DNA of 64,000 nucleotides from Elusimicrobiota bacterium (GTDB lineage Bacteria > Elusimicrobiota > Elusimicrobia > 2-02-FULL-39-32): positions 453,447-517,446 of the forward strand of contig JACPBF010000001.1 of NCBI GenBank assembly GCA_016180425.1. The letters are read 5' to 3'. Below are positions 59,236 through 64,000 of the stretch, in pieces. Within the stretch, counting starts at the first letter, position 1. Each line of letters begins with the position of its first letter. The notes under the pieces are model-generated. The model made no database searches and had not been told where the DNA came from. It worked only from the letters and a program-made list of their open reading frames with translations. The translations under genes were made by a program, and so were the position numbers.

Positions 59236-59970
59236 ATGTCTGGGAATAAATCAAAAATAAGTAAAATCGAATGGTTGTTTGCAATTGCCATCTTAAGCTT
59301 AGTGGCAGCTGTGTCATTCAATTGGGCAATGAAAGGAGCAATCCATTACAAAAAAGATATTGCAGTTCCAGATCTGGCGGGAAAATCTTTAACTGAAGCT
59401 TTAGAAATTCTTTCTAGCTCTAATCTTGGTTTAAGAAAAGAGGGGGCGGAATTTAATGAAGCAGTTCCTCAAGGCACTATTTTACGGCAACAACCTCCCA
59501 GCGGACTGACTGTAAGAGAGGGTAAGATTATTCAAGTCATGGTTTCACAAGGCGGACAAACCATCACCATTCCGAACCTTGTAGGCCAATCCTTAAGAGC
59601 AGCGGAAATTTCCTTAAGAACAAATTTTCTTTCTCTAGGGGAAATCAATTCAAAGCCTTCTTTAAAATTTCAAAAAGATACGATTGTTGAACAACAACCT
59701 GAGGCAGGGGCTAAGACCACAAAAAATAGTCTGGTGCATATTACACTTTCTAATGGACCGCCAAGCAATGGAACGATCTTAATGCCAGATTTTATTGGCA
59801 AAAAATGGGAGGATGTTCAAATTTGGGCAGAAAAATTATCCCTAGAAACAGAAAGGATACAGGATCCTTCCAGCTCCATGGGACGAGATACAATTGTAGG
59901 CCAAGAACCTGTTCCAGACACACAACTCTCCTCTGACTCAAAAGTAAAATTTACAGTGGCAACCCGATAA
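59236..59970 (+). CDS. Membrane-anchored PASTA-domain protein (3 PASTA repeats, no kinase domain)
   Basis: 244 aa. An N-terminal TM helix is followed by three ~65-aa repeats. Each repeat carries the PASTA-like motif VP.L.G....A...L. Confidence 0.75.
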   Translation: MSGNKSKISKIEWLFAIAILSLVAAVSFNWAMKGAIHYKKDIAVPDLAGKSLTEALEILSSSNLGLRKEGAEFNEAVPQGTILRQQPPSGLTVREGKIIQVMVSQGGQTITIPNLVGQSLRAAEISLRTNFLSLGEINSKPSLKFQKDTIVEQQPEAGAKTTKNSLVHITLSNGPPSNGTILMPDFIGKKWEDVQIWAEKLSLETERIQDPSSSMGRDTIVGQEPVPDTQLSSDSKVKFTVATR

Positions 59971-60641
59971 TGGATTCTAAAATTTTAATAGCTCCCTCTA
60001 TCCTTTCTGCGGACTTTACCTGCTTAGGGAAGGAAATTAAAAGCGTGGAAAAAGCAGGCGCGGACTGGATTCATGTGGATGTGATGGACGGCCATTTTGT
60101 GCCTAACTTAACTCTAGGCCCTGTGGTCTTAAATTGGATTCGGAAAGTAACCTCGCTTGTTTTAGATGTGCATCTGATGATTGATCAGCCTGAAAAATAT
60201 ATTGAACCTTTTGCTAAAGCCGGGGCAGACAGCATCACTTTTCATTGTGAAGCGCCTTCTAATCCTAGAGAAGTAATAACCTTAATTAGAAAATACGGCA
60301 AAAATGCAGGGGTTTCCTTGCGGCCAAAAACGCCTCTTTCCGCAATTACTTCCTACTTGCATAAAGTAGATTTAGTATTGATCATGACGGTAGAACCAGG
60401 TTTTGGCGGCCAAAAATTCATGCCAGAAATGCTCCCTAAAATAAAAGAGCTAAAATCTTTTATAAAAGAAAAAAATCTTTCTTGTAAAATTGAAGTGGAT
60501 GGGGGAATTAACAAAAAAACAGGAATTTTAACAGTAAAAGAGGGAGCGGATATCCTAGTTGCAGGCAATTCCATTTTCAGCCAAAAGAGCCGCAGCAGCG
60601 CGCTTAAAAAAATCCGATCGTCGGTTGACAAAAACGGGTAA
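59970..60641 (+). CDS. rpe: Ribulose-phosphate 3-epimerase
   Basis: 223 aa with IAPSILSADF, HVDVMDGHFVPN and MTVEPGFGGQ. Confidence 0.9.
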   Translation: MDSKILIAPSILSADFTCLGKEIKSVEKAGADWIHVDVMDGHFVPNLTLGPVVLNWIRKVTSLVLDVHLMIDQPEKYIEPFAKAGADSITFHCEAPSNPREVITLIRKYGKNAGVSLRPKTPLSAITSYLHKVDLVLIMTVEPGFGGQKFMPEMLPKIKELKSFIKEKNLSCKIEVDGGINKKTGILTVKEGADILVAGNSIFSQKSRSSALKKIRSSVDKNG

Positions 60642-60718
60642 AATAAGTTAATATTATTGTTTCCGTTTGGCATTAAAAACCAAAAAGAAATTTATTAAAA
60701 ATTCATTTATAAATTAAA

Positions 60719-61000
60719 ATGTCTGTACGATTACGCTTAAAAAGAGTTGGGATGACTAAACAGCCCGCTTATCGCCTTGTAGCAGTGGACCGTAGAACTG
60801 CGCGCGATGGAGCAGAGCTGGAAATTTTAGGAACCTACAACCCCAAGGACAAAGAAAACCGTTTAATCATAAAAGAAGAAAGGATTAAATATTGGATTTC
60901 TTGCGGTGCCGAACCTTCAGAAACTGTAAAATCTCTTTTAAAACGACATTCTAAAGTGTCAGCGCCTGCCCCAGCAGCTCTAAACAACGAAAAATCGTAA
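60719..61000 (+). CDS. rpsP: 30S ribosomal protein S16
   Basis: The protein starts MSVRLRLKRVGMTKQPAYRLVAVD. Confidence 0.95.
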   Translation: MSVRLRLKRVGMTKQPAYRLVAVDRRTARDGAELEILGTYNPKDKENRLIIKEERIKYWISCGAEPSETVKSLLKRHSKVSAPAPAALNNEKS

Positions 61001-61021
61001 CGCATTTTTTCTCTTAATAGC

Positions 61022-61753
61022 ATGAATCATTTAAAAATTGAACTCCTTACTTTATTCCCTAAAATGTTTGAAGGCCCGTTCCAAGAGAGCCTCATTGAAA
61101 AAGCTCAAACCAAAGGGCTGATTCAAATTACAATTCACAACTTAAGAGATTTCTCTGAAGATAAACATCAACAGGTGGACGACAAACCATTTGGCGGCGG
61201 AGCTGGCATGGTATTAAAGCTTGAGCCGCTTTTTAACGCTCTTAAAGCTCTTGGAGCTGTATCTAGTGAGGGCTCTAAAATCAAGGAAAACAATTCTCCA
61301 TGGGTGGTTTATCTTTCTCCTCAAGGTGAAAATTTTAGCCAAAAAAAGGCTTTGGAACTTTCCAATAAAAGCCGCTTGATTTTAATTTGCGGCCATTATG
61401 AAGGAATGGACGAAAGAGCCATGGATTGGGTAGATGAAGAAATTTCTATTGGAGATTATGTTCTAACCGGCGGTGAAATCCCAGCCATGGTATTAACAGA
61501 CGCTATTACCAGACTTATTCCCGGGGTAGTTAAAGAATGGGATTCTATCGTGCATGATTCTTTTTTTAGTTCCATGCTGGATTATTCCCATTATACCCGG
61601 CCTCAAAAATTTTTGGGCAAAGAGGTGCCAGAAGTTTTAATCTCCGGCAACCACCAGGAAATAGCTGAATGGAGAAAAAAAAATTCTCTTTCAAAAACTT
61701 TAAAAAAAAGGCCTGATCTCCTAGATCAAAATTACTCTAATGAACCTGCATAA
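61022..61753 (+). CDS. trmD: tRNA (guanine37-N1)-methyltransferase
   Basis: 243 aa with the motif [11 protein letters not shown]...[11 protein letters not shown]. Confidence 0.93.
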   Translation: MNHLKIELLTLFPKMFEGPFQESLIEKAQTKGLIQITIHNLRDFSEDKHQQVDDKPFGGGAGMVLKLEPLFNALKALGAVSSEGSKIKENNSPWVVYLSPQGENFSQKKALELSNKSRLILICGHYEGMDERAMDWVDEEISIGDYVLTGGEIPAMVLTDAITRLIPGVVKEWDSIVHDSFFSSMLDYSHYTRPQKFLGKEVPEVLISGNHQEIAEWRKKNSLSKTLKKRPDLLDQNYSNEPA

Positions 61754-62192
61754 AATTTTAAATACAGTAGAATCGCCTTATTACATTAAAACAGAAATTC
61801 CCCATTTTCGTCCGGGAGACACAATTAAAGTACATGTAAAAGTAGTAGAAGGCGAATCAGAAAGAATTCAGCCTTTTGAAGGGGTTGTGCTCTATCGCAG
61901 AGGGTCTGGTTTGTCGGAAACCTATTGCGTAAGAAAAGTTTCCTTTGGCGTAGGCATAGAACGCACCTTCCCTATGCACTCCCCTAGAATAGTTAAAATA
62001 GAATTATTGCGATCCGGCAAAGCCAGACGAGCTCGCCTTTATTATTTAAGAAAACTTTCTGGTAAAGCTGCCCGTCTTACAGAAAAAGAAACAGGAACAA
62101 ATGAATCTGGTTCCAACTCTATAAAAACCACTCAAGAAAAAAAATCTAAAACAGAAAAAAAAGATAGCCCTGAACCTGCCCTCTCCCTCTAG
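61740..62192 (+). CDS. rplS: 50S ribosomal protein L19 with Lys-rich C-terminal extension
   Basis: The motif [28 protein letters not shown] is followed by a ~35-aa K/E-rich tail. Confidence 0.93.
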   Translation: MNLHKILNTVESPYYIKTEIPHFRPGDTIKVHVKVVEGESERIQPFEGVVLYRRGSGLSETYCVRKVSFGVGIERTFPMHSPRIVKIELLRSGKARRARLYYLRKLSGKAARLTEKETGTNESGSNSIKTTQEKKSKTEKKDSPEPALSL

Positions 62193-62205
62193 CCTAAATA
62201 AATGC

Positions 62206-62317
62206 TTAGAAAGTCATTTCTACTACGAAAGCACTTTCTAAATGTAAACTAAATAATTCATGCTGATAAAGTGCTCTCATAGGAGAAATGACTTTATCAG
62301 CAGGAACTAAATAATTC
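62206..62317. repeat. Two related hairpins, the second a 44-bp unit with 12-bp perfect terminal inverted repeats flanked by 13-bp direct repeats (MITE-like)
   Basis: Hairpin 1 is TTAGAAAGT(18)ACTTTCTAA at 62206-62241. Hairpin 2 is TGCTGATAAAGT(18)ACTTTATCAGCA at 62261-62302. Direct repeats AACTAAATAATTC lie at 62247-62259 and 62305-62317. Confidence 0.5.
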
Positions 62318-62320
62318 CTT

Positions 62321-62974
62321 ATGGAAAGAGGAAAAACCCTCTTTTATTTTGATAAAAAATTAGCAACCCTTAGTAAAAATCTTTCTAAAAAATCCTGCAT
62401 TATTGGCATTGATGAAGCTGGCCGCGGCCCTTGGGCCGGGCCTGTAGTAGCTTCTGCTATTTGCTTGTCCCCAGACTTTTTCCATCCCAAACTAAATGAT
62501 TCTAAAAAATGCAGCCCTAAACTGCGTTTAGAACTCTATCGCCATCTTCAAGAAAAAGCGCGTTGGGGTCTGGGAGTGTGCGAGGTGGAAGTGATTGATT
62601 CCATTAACATCCTTCAGGCAACTTATCGGGCCATGAAAACCGCTTTAGAAAAATTATTATTAAAACATCCGGAAATTAAACCGGATTTAATTCTTGTGGA
62701 TGGACGTTCTATTCCAAATTTTAAATTTAGACAAAAAGCGATTGTAAAAGGGGACTCAAAAAGCGCGGCAATAGCCTCGGCCAGCATTATCGCAAAAGTG
62801 GAAAGAGATAAAATTATGGAATCTTTGGATAAAGTTTATCCGCAATATGGTTTTGCCAGACATAAAGGTTATGGCACAAAAATCCATCAGGAAAATTTAG
62901 AAAAATATGGCCCTTGCCCAATCCATAGAAAAAGCTTTGCGCCTGTGGGCAAACTACTCCTCTCCTCATGTTGA
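62321..62974 (+). CDS. rnhB: Ribonuclease HII
   Basis: 217 aa with the motifs GIDEAGRGPWAGPVVA and DSK. Confidence 0.93.
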   Translation: MERGKTLFYFDKKLATLSKNLSKKSCIIGIDEAGRGPWAGPVVASAICLSPDFFHPKLNDSKKCSPKLRLELYRHLQEKARWGLGVCEVEVIDSINILQATYRAMKTALEKLLLKHPEIKPDLILVDGRSIPNFKFRQKAIVKGDSKSAAIASASIIAKVERDKIMESLDKVYPQYGFARHKGYGTKIHQENLEKYGPCPIHRKSFAPVGKLLLSSC

Positions 62975-63342
62975 TAGAAAAAACAACGCGCCAAATTGGC
63001 CAGGAAAAAGAAAAGGAGGCGTTACATTTTTTTGAAGAAAAAGGCTGGAAACTGATCGCTAAAAACGTGCTTTGCCGCGGAGGAGAAATTGATCTTATCT
63101 TCAAAGATCAAGAAAATACGATCATCTTTGTGGAAGTAAAATATCGTTCCAGCTTATCCCACGGAGTTCCTCAGCTAACTGTTCTTCCCTACAAACAAAA
63201 CCGTTTGATTAAAAGCGCTCTTACCTTTATTAAGAAAAACAACCTCCAAGGCCATGATTTTCGCTTTGATGTGCTCGCCCTATTTCCCGCAGGAATAGAA
63301 CATATTCCCAACGCATTCTCTTCCGCAAAATATAGTATTTAA
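62968..63342 (+). CDS. yraN: YraN-family (UPF0102) endonuclease
   Basis: 124 aa with the motif GGEIDLIFKD...IIFVEVKYR. Confidence 0.85.
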   Translation: MLIEKTTRQIGQEKEKEALHFFEEKGWKLIAKNVLCRGGEIDLIFKDQENTIIFVEVKYRSSLSHGVPQLTVLPYKQNRLIKSALTFIKKNNLQGHDFRFDVLALFPAGIEHIPNAFSSAKYSI

Positions 63343-63404
63343 TATTAGTGTAGCGGTTGCACCAGAACTTTATTTTTTAGAGGAGTTCTCAAATATTTAT
63401 TTAA

Positions 63405-64000
63405 ATGAATGGATTCAAAAATATTCTATCCGCTTCGGTTTATGGAATTAACGGCCACCTAGTGCATGTAGAGGTGGATATCTCAAGCGGCTTGCCTCAT
63501 CTTTCCATTATTGGCCTGCCAGATGCAACTGTAAGAGAAGCCAGGGACCGGGTGATTTCTGCCATAAAAAATTCTGGATACCAGTTCCCTACCAAAAAAA
63601 TTATTGTGAATTTAGCCCCTGCGGAAATAAAAAAAGAAGGCTCTGCATTTGATTTGCCAATCGCTATCGGCATCCTTGCTGCCTCTGGACAAATTAAAAC
63701 AAAATCATTAGAAGAATGGTGCTTTATAGGAGAGTTAGCCTTAGATGGTCAATTAAGAGCTGTCAGAGGTATTCTGCCCATTGCCATGGAACTCTCTGAC
63801 CAGAAAATAAAAAAATTGATCCTTCCATTTTCTAATTTAAAAGAAGCTGCCATTGTGCAAAGCATAGACTCACTAGGACTCCATTCATTAAAAGAACTCA
63901 TGCGAGCTTTGGAACAGGATTTCTTTTCTGTTTCAAAAGAGCCTATTCACTTTTCTCCTTATCAAGAAGATCCATTAAGTTCTCTAGATTTCGCAGATGT
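63405..64000 (+). CDS. YifB/ComM Mg-chelatase-like ATPase, N-terminal part (continues beyond window end)
   Basis: The manual translation MNGFKNILSASVYGINGHLVHVEVDISSGLPHLSIIGLPDATVREARDRVISAIKNSGYQFPTKKIIVNLAPAEIKKEGSAFDLPIAIGIL is the ComM/YifB N-domain pattern. Confidence 0.75.
   Translation, partial: MNGFKNILSASVYGINGHLVHVEVDISSGLPHLSIIGLPDATVREARDRVISAIKNSGYQFPTKKIIVNLAPAEIKKEGSAFDLPIAIGILAASGQIKTKSLEEWCFIGELALDGQLRAVRGILPIAMELSDQKIKKLILPFSNLKEAAIVQSIDSLGLHSLKELMRALEQDFFSVSKEPIHFSPYQEDPLSSLDFAD

Overview
This window is a low-GC (roughly 35-40%) bacterial chromosomal segment that is almost entirely coding. It uses the standard code: TGA is an ordinary stop, for example at the end of gatB. 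OMP-type beta-barrels with C-terminal Phe, an hldD heptose epimerase and an O-antigen ligase indicate a diderm host.

The backbone is housekeeping:
- A complete F1Fo ATP synthase operon on the minus strand (atpZ-atpI-atpBEFH-atpA-[hldD]-atpG-atpD-atpC), followed by a cNMP-gated MscS channel and a CHASE2 sensor.
- A polyamine operon (speH-speE-PLP decarboxylase) behind a consensus sigma70 promoter.
- DksA/TraR, an MBL hydrolase, DJ-1/PfpI, glycerate kinase, a 2-hydroxyacid dehydrogenase, YbaB, an MFS transporter, and an Omp85-like protein.
- A miaB-like gene, an SLT lytic transglycosylase, and mutS-pilZ-mutL-miaA-hflX.
- pgsA-plsY-gpsA, hup, and merR.
- tRNA-Pro(GGG) and tRNA-Arg(CCU), an MGDG-synthase-like GT28, acylphosphatase, a sigma-70 factor, and apt.
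- A YfgM-like TPR protein, an OMP, and a GH57 glucanohydrolase.
- An HD-GYP phosphodiesterase next to PilB/GspE, a NUDIX hydrolase, fabL, gatB, a phosphohexomutase, an O-antigen ligase-TPR fusion, eno, and ftsB.
- A SemiSWEET-like protein, queG/queE, a PASTA protein, rpe, rpsP-trmD-rplS, rnhB, yraN, and comM/yifB (partial).

Accessory or unusual content:
- A type II R-M pair whose endonuclease gene carries a single in-frame TGA.
- A small toxin-antitoxin cluster: MNT, a HEPN remnant, and DUF4258/DUF2283.
- A recurring 60-90 nt intergenic repeat family built on a TTGTGAGAAC(CCC) core, present at three or more loci.
- Two MITE-like inverted-repeat elements.
- A 1.1-kb AT-rich, ORF-free region between convergent genes.
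- A recent ~75-nt intragenic duplication in mutS, a TRAM-less miaB, and a truncated CoA-binding gene.

No single large novel system is evident. The most distinctive signals are the noncoding repeat families and the disrupted R-M locus.
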